From the IMG/VR virus record IMGVR_UViG_3300007511_000065, positions 1 to 34,939 of that record: a DNA stretch of 34,939 nt, one strand, 5' to 3'. The position numbers and the translations under genes are program-made. The stretch is from a virus (Duplodnaviria; Caudoviricetes). The stretch's first letter is position 1; each line of letters starts with the position of its first letter. The notes below the pieces were generated by a model. It searched no databases. It was not told the DNA's origin and saw nothing but the letters and a program-made list of their open reading frames with translations. Below, one piece after another: positions 26,381-34,939 of the stretch.

Positions 26381-27361
26381 TTAGGCGGCCTTAGCATACT
26401 CCTGAGCAAGATCAATTGCATTTCGCTTAAGAGTTGCATTACGACCAAACCATGCGTTAAACATTGCAGCATCTCGTTCACGACCTAACTTGTGATCAAC
26501 AACATAAGTGACTGCATTAGCTGCTGCCCACCAAGTGTTTTTTGTAGGTAAGTCATGACCAGGTTGCTTCCAAATAGCCTCACGCACTAATGACGCTGTT
26601 CTCTTAAACTGCTGAAAATCTACCACAACATCAGACTTAACATCTTTTATTTGTGATGGAGCTAGAAGTTCCGGTTGGAAAAGCTTGGCAATATATTCAT
26701 CGACCTTTTTATCCGTGAATTCTTTGCTCGCAAGAAATTCTGCATTATGTTTAAGTTGATCCATCTGATTACTAGCTAAACCAAGTGCATCTTCAGCTTT
26801 GGCAATAACAGAAGCGTCAAACTCCTGAATATGCGGCATTCTGAATTGTCCCTTAGAGCTTTCACCTAAGGCATATGTCAATGTGTTATTACACACGACA
26901 CGCGTAGGCGTAAACTTCATAATAAGACTTTTACCCCATTGATGTGGCTGAGATAGTAGAAGATAACCTTCAACCTCATCACCACCAGGAAGAGTAAATC
27001 CCTTATTAATTTTTGCTAATCCCCAGACATGTTGTCCTCCCTTAAGTGATCCAGCTGTATTCATTTCCATGTGACCTGCATCAGTGAACTTCTTAAAGAA
27101 TTCAAACACTTTCTCGTTTTGAAATGGAACGTAGTTAGATCCGCATACTCCAAACTGTGACTCATCAGAATCTCTCATAAGAACTCTGTAATCAAGTACT
27201 GGAATATCTGTCGTAGTTTTCAATGGACGTGCGGACACGGTCCAATCCAAACCAGCAGCTACTAGCATTTCGTGAGGGGTTAAATCGTGTTCTACCTGAA
27301 CACCAAGGCCATGCCATGGAACGTCACCCGCCCAAGCCATAGATTCGACTTCATGTGCCAT
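26381..27361 (-). CDS. DUF932 family protein
   Basis: MAH.VE.MA..G..PWHGLG, AGLDW.V, Y.P.QN, TAGSL.GG and RVVC.NTL motifs; RBS AGGAG. Confidence 0.88.
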   Translation of the reverse strand: MAHEVESMAWAGDVPWHGLGVQVEHDLTPHEMLVAAGLDWTVSARPLKTTTDIPVLDYRVLMRDSDESQFGVCGSNYVPFQNEKVFEFFKKFTDAGHMEMNTAGSLKGGQHVWGLAKINKGFTLPGGDEVEGYLLLSQPHQWGKSLIMKFTPTRVVCNNTLTYALGESSKGQFRMPHIQEFDASVIAKAEDALGLASNQMDQLKHNAEFLASKEFTDKKVDEYIAKLFQPELLAPSQIKDVKSDVVVDFQQFKRTASLVREAIWKQPGHDLPTKNTWWAAANAVTYVVDHKLGRERDAAMFNAWFGRNATLKRNAIDLAQEYAKAA

Positions 27362-27420
27362 ATCGTTTCTCCTTTCTATAAATGGTTAATTGTCATATAA
27401 GGTTTTGACCTTATGTGTAT

Positions 27421-27449
27421 ATTATATACCGACAAAATATCTAAGTAAA
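27421..27449 (-). promoter_or_regulatory. Sigma70-type promoter for the DUF932/modification/polymerase operon
   Basis: TTTACT-17 bp-TATAAT; TTGTCGG in the spacer; leader hairpin ATAAGGT/ACCTTAT. Confidence 0.8.
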
Positions 27450-27484
27450 CAGACTTTTTTACTTTTTTACGGGATAATAAAAAA

Positions 27485-28957
27485 TCATAGACTATAAAAT
27501 AAGTTTGTCATCGGTTGTATCAAATGTAAGGATTGTTTTGCTCGAGTGCATCCAACATAAAAAACTCGTGCTTCATCATCTGGATATTTGGTCATGTCAT
27601 TAAAAGATCTTGGTGCAATATCTGTTAATAGCATAACATTATCTGCTTCACCACCTTTAGCTCCGTGAATAGTAGATATTTTAATTCTTGGTTTATTTTT
27701 GAATGATTCTTTTTGTCTTAAACAAGCGATGATGTATTCACGTTCTTTAGGCCTGATCTTATCTAGACCTTTATGCCAAATAATGTTGGGCATACCAGCT
27801 GTTATTCTGGTATACATCGTGTTTTTATTTCTGTTTAGTTTAAGACGGTGAGATGTATATCTATTTATAGACTTTATCTCTTCATGAAAGCATATCCCGT
27901 TACGACGAAGCTTTTCCCAGGATTGTATTGCTTTTAATGCTGGACTGTCTAATATCCCTTTGTTTTTAGATTCATAGACATATCCATTGCGTTCACACAT
28001 TTCCTCTAGTTGCTTTAACATATAGCCATTTCTAGCTAAAAGCAACCAGGAACCTTTACTTACATCAGGTTGTTCATAGTGACTGTACCATTGAATACTA
28101 CCTGGTATGTGCTTGGGGTCCCATCGTTTGGCTCTGCGCTTAGATACACGTCCAATAATTCTGCTCGCGAAACTGTGGATCCTTTCTGGGACACGGTAAC
28201 TTGTGCCAAGGACTTGAACTGATCCATTAAGTGTTCTGAATCTATCAACGTCGGCTCCGGCCCATCGGAAAATTGCTTGGTCATCGTCTCCTGCAACATA
28301 TACTACCTCTGCTTGTTGTGATAATTTATTTATTACTTGCCATTGTACCACGGAAAGATCTTGAGCTTCATCAATAAACAATACCTGCAATTCAGGATCT
28401 ACTCCTTCCTCAACAAACTTAGTCAACATGTCTGTATAATCAATTAACCCCATTAAATCCTTATACTGGTAAAAGGCATCGGCAACTTGCCTTAGTTCAA
28501 ACCAATTAATATCTTCATCGTAAGACGTTTGCCATTGCTCTTCTAAAGATATTTGCTTAATACGTCGCATATTCTCATGAAATAAAAATCTGTCTCCTTT
28601 CTTAGAAGTCATGAGAGTACCTTCAGTTAAATCTAACTTAGATGAAAACTCAATGCCTAATCTAGTACCTAATTCTCTATAATGACTTAACTGCATAACG
28701 CTAGACTTATTAATACCTAACTGTCTATAACAGAGAGAATGAATTGTTCTAAAGAATACTAGGTCGTCATCACTCAAATCAAATTTATCAATAGCTCGTT
28801 CTTTAGCTTCATTTGCTGCCTTCTTTGTAAAAGCCAAGAAGCCTATATTCTCAGGTTTTACGCCATTGGTAATATGGTCTTCAACTAGCTTTAATAATGT
28901 TGTGGTCTTCCCTGTGCCAGGTGGTCCTACAATAATCTGAACTTTGTTGGGGTTCAT
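27485..28957 (-). CDS. UvrD/Rep-like SF1 helicase
   Basis: GPPGTGKT, FTKKAA.E, IDEAQD, GDDDQAIF.W.GA, SYR and STIHGAKG.EAD.V. Confidence 0.93.
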   Translation of the reverse strand: MNPNKVQIIVGPPGTGKTTTLLKLVEDHITNGVKPENIGFLAFTKKAANEAKERAIDKFDLSDDDLVFFRTIHSLCYRQLGINKSSVMQLSHYRELGTRLGIEFSSKLDLTEGTLMTSKKGDRFLFHENMRRIKQISLEEQWQTSYDEDINWFELRQVADAFYQYKDLMGLIDYTDMLTKFVEEGVDPELQVLFIDEAQDLSVVQWQVINKLSQQAEVVYVAGDDDQAIFRWAGADVDRFRTLNGSVQVLGTSYRVPERIHSFASRIIGRVSKRRAKRWDPKHIPGSIQWYSHYEQPDVSKGSWLLLARNGYMLKQLEEMCERNGYVYESKNKGILDSPALKAIQSWEKLRRNGICFHEEIKSINRYTSHRLKLNRNKNTMYTRITAGMPNIIWHKGLDKIRPKEREYIIACLRQKESFKNKPRIKISTIHGAKGGEADNVMLLTDIAPRSFNDMTKYPDDEARVFYVGCTRAKQSLHLIQPMTNLFYSL

Positions 28958-30459
28958 AGTATTGCATCGGAACCAAAGTCTGGTACATCAAACTCTTCTG
29001 TTTGTTGAGCAAACTCTTGTACAGACCAGGCATTAATACCTTTACCTTTCACATTAAAGAAATGATGCTCAGCTCCACGATCTTTAAGCATCGCATAGAT
29101 CTGATGAACCTTAAAATCTCTAAAATGCTGTCTATCTAAGAAAGCAAGAAGATCATTTACTCTAAAATAAGTTCGACCATTCTCCGTCCACGGCTTACCA
29201 ATAAGTAATTCTTCTTTAACTTGAGCTTGAACTCTACCAGTAGCGAAAGCTTCAAGCATTTCCCAAAACTGTCCTGCAGCAGAAGCATCTTCAGGAACTT
29301 CAACAATATTAACGTTGTCTAATAGGTGTTGTATAAGCTGTTGCCAATTATTTCTGTTAACAATAGATGGCATTGAGTTAAGCTGCTCCATACATCTACG
29401 TTGAAATCTATTCTGATTTTGTAAGTCATCTGTAGATAATTCTAAGCGTTCACCTTCAACATCAATAAACCAAATAGGTGGTCGTGTATCTAACTTTGTT
29501 AAACTGCCTAAGTTAGGTTGTCCACCTCCAGATACGCCGATACCATGCTCTCTTTGTCTACAAACCATCGCGTTACAATGTGGAGCGAGTGGAACCCTAT
29601 TACACATATACTCATAGTCTTTTCGTTTTAAACTCTTAACAACCGCTAAGACCTCTATACTCTTTAGAGGTGGGTCCATGTATTGTCTATTCAACTCTTC
29701 AACTTCTTCTTCCCATTTATCTGGAACTGCCTTACGTGCATAAACGCCAAGGTTAAATAGTCCATCATTACGCGTTCCTTCTGGAAAGCCACTTGTTGCT
29801 AAATGTTGTAAACAAGGTGGGCCATCAGGTAATTGATCACATGTCTGTGCTTTTATTTTCTTGACGGCTCTTTCTGTTTGTTTAAAACTATTAGCATACT
29901 CAATAAACTGTGCTGGTGATAAAGCATTACCATCATTATCAAGGCAATAGCGAGTAGTCTTATCACCATTAAAATATGGCATGTTTAGCCATGAGCCAAC
30001 ATCACCTCTTTCTACCAATAATTTTGTTTGCTTAGGAAATATCTCACAACCGCCAAAGCCACAACTTGCTGCCATGTCAGTTAGTTTTTCCTGCATAAGA
30101 CTCGCAGGTATAGGCTTCTTTACAAAAAGAAATAAATGCAAACCGCCACTCTTTGTTCTACATGGAACAAGAGGGTAATTCTTAGAGCGTATTTTCTTTA
30201 TTTGTTCTGGTATATCTAAATCGTAAACGTCAATATCAGCTGCACCCCAATGACACTTAGCATCATCGTCGATAGGAACTATACCAAGGCCTTTCTTACC
30301 TTGCAAATGTTCTTCCCATAAAGCATCTGTAACTGGCTCATTTAGCGTCTGAGCACGACCGGTCTTTTTCCCAGAGTGTTTTTCTCCTTTGATCTCATAC
30401 GAGCCATGCGCTCGTGCAAGACCTTTAAATAGCTCTGAGAACTCTGTTACTAAATCCAT
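28954..30459 (-). CDS. AEP-superfamily primase with PriCT-like domain
   Basis: HL.G...GI, DID.Y, RTKSGGLH, EIFPKQ, LNMPY, PPC and G.RN..LFN; Cys pattern; no fused helicase Walker A. Confidence 0.82.
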   Translation of the reverse strand: MDLVTEFSELFKGLARAHGSYEIKGEKHSGKKTGRAQTLNEPVTDALWEEHLQGKKGLGIVPIDDDAKCHWGAADIDVYDLDIPEQIKKIRSKNYPLVPCRTKSGGLHLFLFVKKPIPASLMQEKLTDMAASCGFGGCEIFPKQTKLLVERGDVGSWLNMPYFNGDKTTRYCLDNDGNALSPAQFIEYANSFKQTERAVKKIKAQTCDQLPDGPPCLQHLATSGFPEGTRNDGLFNLGVYARKAVPDKWEEEVEELNRQYMDPPLKSIEVLAVVKSLKRKDYEYMCNRVPLAPHCNAMVCRQREHGIGVSGGGQPNLGSLTKLDTRPPIWFIDVEGERLELSTDDLQNQNRFQRRCMEQLNSMPSIVNRNNWQQLIQHLLDNVNIVEVPEDASAAGQFWEMLEAFATGRVQAQVKEELLIGKPWTENGRTYFRVNDLLAFLDRQHFRDFKVHQIYAMLKDRGAEHHFFNVKGKGINAWSVQEFAQQTEEFDVPDFGSDAIL

Positions 30460-30576
30460 AAGTTCTCCTCAATAAAGGCTGCATGTACATACGAAGGCAG
30501 CCACTCCGTTCTAAATAATCTACAAGTAAGAATATAAAGAAACCTCTTGTAGAAGATGATGTACTCACCCAACGTT

Positions 30577-31350
30577 TTAGATTAGATCATCATTATTATC
30601 ATCTTCACCAGATGGTGCACTCACGTTAACTGCGCCGGAACTTACGGATTCATGGAAAGCTTTTGCTTCCATATAAACGTCAGCTTGATTAACAAGACCA
30701 GCAGACGTAATACTCCAACCAAACCAAGTACCCATGTCGTTAGACTCTGGAACAGTTGTTAGGTTATAGACTTGGCCAAACATTGGTGGGGTGATTACTT
30801 TACCATCAATGTTTTCACGACGTGAAGCAATCATACTATTCCAGCGTCTAGCTTTTTTAAGCTGCGTTGAAGACATTGTAATAACTGCTTGCATTGGTTT
30901 ACCATCTGGTCCTACAGCAATAACATAATGGTAAGCGGTCTGAACAATATTATTTCCATTTGGTAAGAAGTCTTTACCATCAATGGTTTTCATATTTGAC
31001 AGAATAGGATCATTAGGCTCATACTGATTAACAAGACCACCACCTTCTTCACGTGGTTTCCATTCAACAAACTTACGTTGATATGCTGTAGGAATAACTT
31101 GAAGACCAGTATCACCATCGAAGATTTCGTTAGATACAGTATTATGTATCATACCTTCTTCTGCACCTTTAATGTAAGCACCATCAGACTTCTTACATTG
31201 TGGTGAACCTGACTGTAATATAGACAGGAATGGAATAGCCAGATCATCTGCGCCAATTGTTTCTAAGCCAGCACCTGAGTCAAGTGCTATTGAAGTAAGC
31301 ATCTCTTTAGAGAGCTCAGTGGTTTTTTGGGTAACTAATTTATTAGTCAT
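30577..31350 (-). CDS. Putative single-stranded DNA-binding protein
   Basis: IPFL.ILQ..SP, EW.PR..GGG and M.STQLK..R.WNS motifs; acidic C-terminal tail; upstream of the primase. Confidence 0.65.
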   Translation of the reverse strand: MTNKLVTQKTTELSKEMLTSIALDSGAGLETIGADDLAIPFLSILQSGSPQCKKSDGAYIKGAEEGMIHNTVSNEIFDGDTGLQVIPTAYQRKFVEWKPREEGGGLVNQYEPNDPILSNMKTIDGKDFLPNGNNIVQTAYHYVIAVGPDGKPMQAVITMSSTQLKKARRWNSMIASRRENIDGKVITPPMFGQVYNLTTVPESNDMGTWFGWSITSAGLVNQADVYMEAKAFHESVSSGAVNVSAPSGEDDNNDDLI

Positions 31351-31365
31351 TTGTTTCTCCTTTCT

Positions 31366-31923
31366 TTACTTCTTGATAGAAGCTTTGTTTGAAATGTGGA
31401 TACTAAATGTATCCATTGGTATAGGCTCACCGGCCTCAATCTGCTCTTTAACAAACGCACGAAGTGTTTGCCAATGAACGGAATCTTTTTCGCTAAATGG
31501 AATATTCTCTTCAGACATGAGCTCTTTAACATGGTCAGCAGTATCTTCTTCACCGCGACCAAAATTCATTTTGATCTCACTTTTAATAAGATCGCCAAAG
31601 CCATTGTCTCGTAACCAGGAATAAGCTACATCAGCATTCTTTTTAGAAATAGCCGCATAATATTCTGTTGCTACAGAAATGGCAGAGCCATCTTCAAGAA
31701 CAACTTTCTCTAAGCCAAGCTCACTCATAGCTTGGGGAAGAGCTTCATATTGTAGTCGATCTAATTCTTTCTTTTTATCTTTAAGCAACTGCTCAATATC
31801 TTCAATTTCTCTCACTGTAGCAGAAAGAGTTGCTGCGATATAAGAGACTAAACCTAAGTTCATCTCAGCAGCTGATTGATTTTTGGGTGCAGCGTCAGCT
31901 GCCATCATATCAGATAGATCCAT
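31366..31923 (-). CDS. Replication-module protein of unknown function
   Basis: Coiled coil, LP..M.E.G, WLR.NG.GDLIK and VH..TL.AFVKE; RBS AGGAG. Confidence 0.75.
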   Translation of the reverse strand: MDLSDMMAADAAPKNQSAAEMNLGLVSYIAATLSATVREIEDIEQLLKDKKKELDRLQYEALPQAMSELGLEKVVLEDGSAISVATEYYAAISKKNADVAYSWLRDNGFGDLIKSEIKMNFGRGEEDTADHVKELMSEENIPFSEKDSVHWQTLRAFVKEQIEAGEPIPMDTFSIHISNKASIKK

Positions 31924-32251
31924 TGTTTCTCCTTATGTCAATAGTCGTAGGATAATAGTGCTTCAACTCTTTATCCCATTTTAATAGATTAACGTATCCC
32001 CCAGTTTTACTAGAAGCAATCATAGCCGCAGCGGCAATTGAACCAGGGTCTCCCATTAATAATAGATAATCCTTCACTGTAAACAAGTCTAAGCCTTCTT
32101 GTAAGACTTTTATAACTTCATCATTATTGAAGGTAAACAAGTTACCATGAGGGAGTAGTACGCTGATGTTACCATATTCTGTTGCACTAAGAATGTTTCG
32201 CCCGCGTACTTCCTGCGTAACATAGACTGTAGGAACAGTTTTTTCTGTCAT
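31910..32251 (-). CDS. Hypothetical phage protein
   Basis: VYV.QE...NI..A..YG, DYLLL.GDP and LKWD motifs; RBS AGGAG. Confidence 0.8.
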   Translation of the reverse strand: MTEKTVPTVYVTQEVRGRNILSATEYGNISVLLPHGNLFTFNNDEVIKVLQEGLDLFTVKDYLLLMGDPGSIAAAAMIASSKTGGYVNLLKWDKELKHYYPTTIDIRRNNGSI

Positions 32252-32283
32252 AATTATTCTCCTTTCTGTGTAGTAAAGTGTAT

Positions 32284-32312
32284 ATTATAATTCGGTTTTT
32301 ATCCAATGAAAA
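32284..32312 (-). promoter_or_regulatory. Sigma70-type promoter for the replication operon
   Basis: TTTTCA-17 bp-TATAAT; AACCGA ends two bases before the -10 box. Confidence 0.75.
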
Positions 32313-32336
32313 CAGGGAAATTAAATTTAGTCGTTA

Positions 32337-32482
32337 ATTGTTATTACTATATAGAGAAATTTTTTTATTTTTCTAAACCCCATGGAAAAATGCCAATATG
32401 TCCAATAATCCAATAATACCCTTATATAGTAAGGACTTAGGGGTTATTGGGTGTTTATCGGTTATTGGCAACTGCCAATAAT
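32337..32482. repeat. 146-bp imperfect direct repeat, copy 2 (origin-like)
   Basis: Same length and orientation as 17748-17893; the last 25 bp are identical. Confidence 0.9.
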
Positions 32483-32493
32483 TTATTTCCAAG

Positions 32494-32522
32494 TTTACAT
32501 ATTTAATCCGCCGGCGTATAAT
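32494..32522 (+). promoter_or_regulatory. Sigma70-type promoter for the SNF2 helicase
   Basis: TTTACA-17 bp-TATAAT. Confidence 0.8.
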
Positions 32523-32557
32523 ATATAATAACAATTACCCACCAGAAAGGAGAATAT

Positions 32558-33997
32558 ATGAATTTCAAAACAACCCCCTATGCACATCAATTAGAAGCCT
32601 TCAACAGAAGCTGCGACCAACCAGCCTTTGCTTACTTCATGGAAATGGGTACAGGTAAATCAAAAGTTCTTATTGATAATATTGCATATTTATATTATAA
32701 ATCAGAAATAAATGCTGCCATCATCTTTGCTCCTAAGGGAGCATATAGGAACTGGACAAATATCGAACTAGGTAAGCACACGCCTGATGATATTACTATG
32801 ACCTTTGCTTACTGGACACCTAATCCTAAGAAAAACGAAAAAGATGCGTTGCTCTCTGTCCTTCAACAAGGTAGTGATACACTAAAGGTCCTTGTAATGA
32901 ACACAGAAAGTCTGTCTACGACTAAAGGAACGAAGTTTGCTCAACAATTTTTAATGCGCCACCACACATTAATGGCGATAGATGAGTCAACGGGGATCAA
33001 AAATTATAAAGCAAAACGAACAAAAGCTGCTCTTAATATTGGTAGACGAGCAAAGTATCGACGTATTTTAACAGGTGAACCTGTTACCAAGAGTCCGTTA
33101 GATCTGTATAGTCAAATGGCTTTCCTCAATCCTAACATTATTGGTCATACCTCATTCTATTCTTTTCGAAATAGATATGCAATCTTAAAACAACGCTATA
33201 CAAATGCAAGGACATTCACAGAAGTAACAGGTTATAAAAATATTGAGGAATTACAAGCACGTATACAAATAGCCTCTTATCGCGTACGTAAAGAAACATG
33301 CTTAGATCTACCTCCAAAGATATATACTACTAGAGAAGTTGAGTTAACTGCTGAGCAAAAGAAAATCTACAAAGATCTTGTTAAACGCAGTCGAGCTGAA
33401 TTAACGGAAAAAGGAAAGTTTGGTGTAGTGTCTACGCCTATGATTATCACAAAGATATTACGACTACATCAGGTGGTTTGTGGCACATTAAAAGATGATA
33501 ACGGGGAGTTACATAGTATAAATAGTAATAGAGTTAAGTCGCTTATGGAACTTCTGGAGGAAGTAGATGGAAACGTTATTATTTGGTGTAACTATATTGC
33601 TGACATTCACAACATATCTAATGCTTTATCTAAGGAATACGGGCCAGAGTCTGTGGTCCCTTATTACGGAGCAGTTAGTTCTGATGATAGAGTTGAAGCT
33701 GTCGATAGGTTTCAATCAGGAGAAGCACAATTCTTCGTAGGTCAATCACGCACAGGAGGTTTTGGTCTAACCCTTACTAAGGCCACAACTGTTATATACT
33801 TCTCTAATAATTACGATTTGGAAGTTAGACTACAATCAGAAGATCGTGCACATAGAATTGGCCAAGATGTTTCTGTTACATATGTCGATATGATTTCACC
33901 AGGAACAATTGATGAGAAGATTATCCAAGCATTAAAAGCTAAGCGCAATCTATCAACAAAAGTTATGGGAGATGATTGGAGAGACTGGATAAAATAA
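32558..33997 (+). CDS. SNF2-family (SF2) helicase/translocase
   Basis: PY.HQ, MEMGTGKS, IDEST.IKN, LTG.P, GG.GLTLT.A and QSEDRAHRIGQ. Confidence 0.93.
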   Translation: MNFKTTPYAHQLEAFNRSCDQPAFAYFMEMGTGKSKVLIDNIAYLYYKSEINAAIIFAPKGAYRNWTNIELGKHTPDDITMTFAYWTPNPKKNEKDALLSVLQQGSDTLKVLVMNTESLSTTKGTKFAQQFLMRHHTLMAIDESTGIKNYKAKRTKAALNIGRRAKYRRILTGEPVTKSPLDLYSQMAFLNPNIIGHTSFYSFRNRYAILKQRYTNARTFTEVTGYKNIEELQARIQIASYRVRKETCLDLPPKIYTTREVELTAEQKKIYKDLVKRSRAELTEKGKFGVVSTPMIITKILRLHQVVCGTLKDDNGELHSINSNRVKSLMELLEEVDGNVIIWCNYIADIHNISNALSKEYGPESVVPYYGAVSSDDRVEAVDRFQSGEAQFFVGQSRTGGFGLTLTKATTVIYFSNNYDLEVRLQSEDRAHRIGQDVSVTYVDMISPGTIDEKIIQALKAKRNLSTKVMGDDWRDWIK

Positions 33998-34025
33998 AGC
34001 CTCGGAGTGACTAGTTCCGAGGCTT
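33990..34025 (-). terminator. Rho-independent terminator (U-tract on minus strand)
   Basis: AAGCCTCGGA-9 nt-TCCGAGGCTT followed on the minus strand by TATTTT. Confidence 0.8.
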
Positions 34026-34085
34026 AAGATCCATCTTCGAGGAGAAACGCTCTTGAGGAGAGGACATTAGTAAGAAGAGTGGATA
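33990..34085 (-). ncRNA. Candidate ~95-nt small RNA with anti-Shine-Dalgarno tracts
   Basis: Bounded by a near-consensus promoter and a terminator; no RBS-led ORF; contains CUCUCCUCAA and GCGUUUCUCCU. Confidence 0.55.
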
Positions 34086-34090
34086 ATTGT

Positions 34091-34119
34091 ATTATACCAA
34101 ACGATATTATTAATGTAAA
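34091..34119 (-). promoter_or_regulatory. Sigma70-type promoter of the candidate sRNA
   Basis: TTTACA-17 bp-TATAAT with extended TGn. Confidence 0.8.
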
Positions 34120-34128
34120 CAGTATTGG

Positions 34129-34287
34129 CTAATTAACCCGATTAGTACAGTCACATGGTGGACACACTACCTGCTGTGGCATAGACATCATCTGTCTTGG
34201 CATATCCATCATCATTTGAAAGAAAGCATAACTTGCTGTTGCTGTAATCATTCCAATGCCAAATACTATGGCGCATCTTTTATTCAT
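34129..34287 (-). CDS. Small Met/Cys-rich secreted or membrane peptide (52 aa)
   Basis: MNKRCAIVFGIGMITATASYAFFQMMMDMPRQMMSMPQQVVCPPCDCTNRVN; ATGA-coupled; signal-peptide-like N-terminus. Confidence 0.65.
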   Translation of the reverse strand: MNKRCAIVFGIGMITATASYAFFQMMMDMPRQMMSMPQQVVCPPCDCTNRVN

Positions 34288-34712
34288 TTTCCCTTCGCTA
34301 ATTGCGCTCCAAAGTAGAACTCAACAATCATTGTCGCCCACTTAAAGATCTCTTCATACTTAACCATAGCTTCTACTGTTATATAGGTTGTTGTCTCTGG
34401 TTCTTCTATCATCCCATACAACCAGCTAGTGCCTTTCTCTACTACTGGGATAGCAACTTCAATACCAAATAGCCCTGCTAGTGGATATAAAGCTACCAAG
34501 CCAAGAATAGAAAACACCAACACTCTACGGTTAAGGGCAGCCATAGGGCTTTCCTTGTTTGCCTGTGCTCTAGCTTTTTCTAAAGCCTCATTATTAACCT
34601 GATTACCTTGTATAGCCAGCTTAAACGCTTCATGGTTTTGCTGTGATTTAATTGCAATCAGCTTAGCAATAAAGCCTAAAATAATAGGTATAACATTAGT
34701 CAGTAATGCCAT
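34284..34712 (-). CDS. Holin-like membrane protein
   Basis: About three hydrophobic segments and a terminal FYFG motif as in 3TM holin-like proteins; start ATG 34712 (TGATG) or GTG 34715. Confidence 0.6.
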   Translation of the reverse strand: MALLTNVIPIILGFIAKLIAIKSQQNHEAFKLAIQGNQVNNEALEKARAQANKESPMAALNRRVLVFSILGLVALYPLAGLFGIEVAIPVVEKGTSWLYGMIEEPETTTYITVEAMVKYEEIFKWATMIVEFYFGAQLAKGK

Positions 34713-34819
34713 CACTTAAACCACCTCTTAATGATATTCCAATAGTGTTTAAAACAGTTAGCAGGACATACCTCAACATACACCCCTCTAGCATTACGAT
34801 ACATCTTAGTCTTTTTCAT
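34712..34819 (-). CDS. Small basic hypothetical protein (35 aa)
   Basis: RBS GGGGAG; MKKTKMYRNARGVYVEVCPANCFKHYWNIIKRWFK; stop overlaps the next start. Confidence 0.55.
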   Translation of the reverse strand: MKKTKMYRNARGVYVEVCPANCFKHYWNIIKRWFK

Positions 34820-34939
34820 ATTCTCCCCCTAGCAACAGTACAGATACGGAAAGAACAAAGTACAGTCTGCTATCGGCACTAGATAATCAATCATCCAATC
34901 GTCTTTAATGTTTCAATAAAACCTATTTCAGTCATTAAG

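Noticed and set aside
34040-34070. Plus-strand minigene (TTG AGG AGA GGA CAT TAG) or GGA-rich CsrA sponge
   Set aside because: Promoter and terminator polarity both point to the minus strand; no dedicated plus-strand promoter was seen.
34829-34939. 21-aa ORF (MIDYLVPIADCTLFFPYLYCC) and a truncated upstream ORF end (..LMTEIGFIETLKTIG)
   Set aside because: Plausibly real and coupled, but too short or incomplete to support a call.

Overview
Most of an AT-rich podovirus-type tailed phage genome. No host genes, integrase, phage RNA polymerase, tRNA or CRISPR array were recognised. The minus-strand late operon (17624->1) runs terS, terL, portal, scaffold, major capsid, tail tubular A/B, GNAT-like protein, four internal-virion/ejection proteins and the start of a tail fibre. 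It leaves the window at position 1, and small minus-strand lysis-type genes appear at the right end, suggesting a circularly permuted genome. A short plus-strand early region (18.2-20.5 kb) converges on a minus-strand replication region: SSB-like protein, AEP primase, UvrD-like helicase, DUF932, family A polymerase and VRR-NUC-like nuclease. An SNF2 helicase is transcribed divergently. Highlights: (1) two adjacent ejection proteins carry embedded enzyme domains, an R-S-E ADP-ribosyltransferase and a PI3K/HipA-like kinase; (2) a nucleotide-modification cluster (SAM methyltransferase, MazG-like pyrophosphatase, dNMP kinase, Asp-type thymidylate synthase homologue, dCMP deaminase) abuts the polymerase; (3) a candidate ~95-nt sRNA is complementary to the phage's own ribosome-binding sites; (4) a 146-bp origin-like element occurs twice; (5) three paralogous small proteins, a shared promoter-spacer motif, a boxA leader and a GC-rich G4-capable island. 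All calls come from reading motifs by eye; no searches were run.
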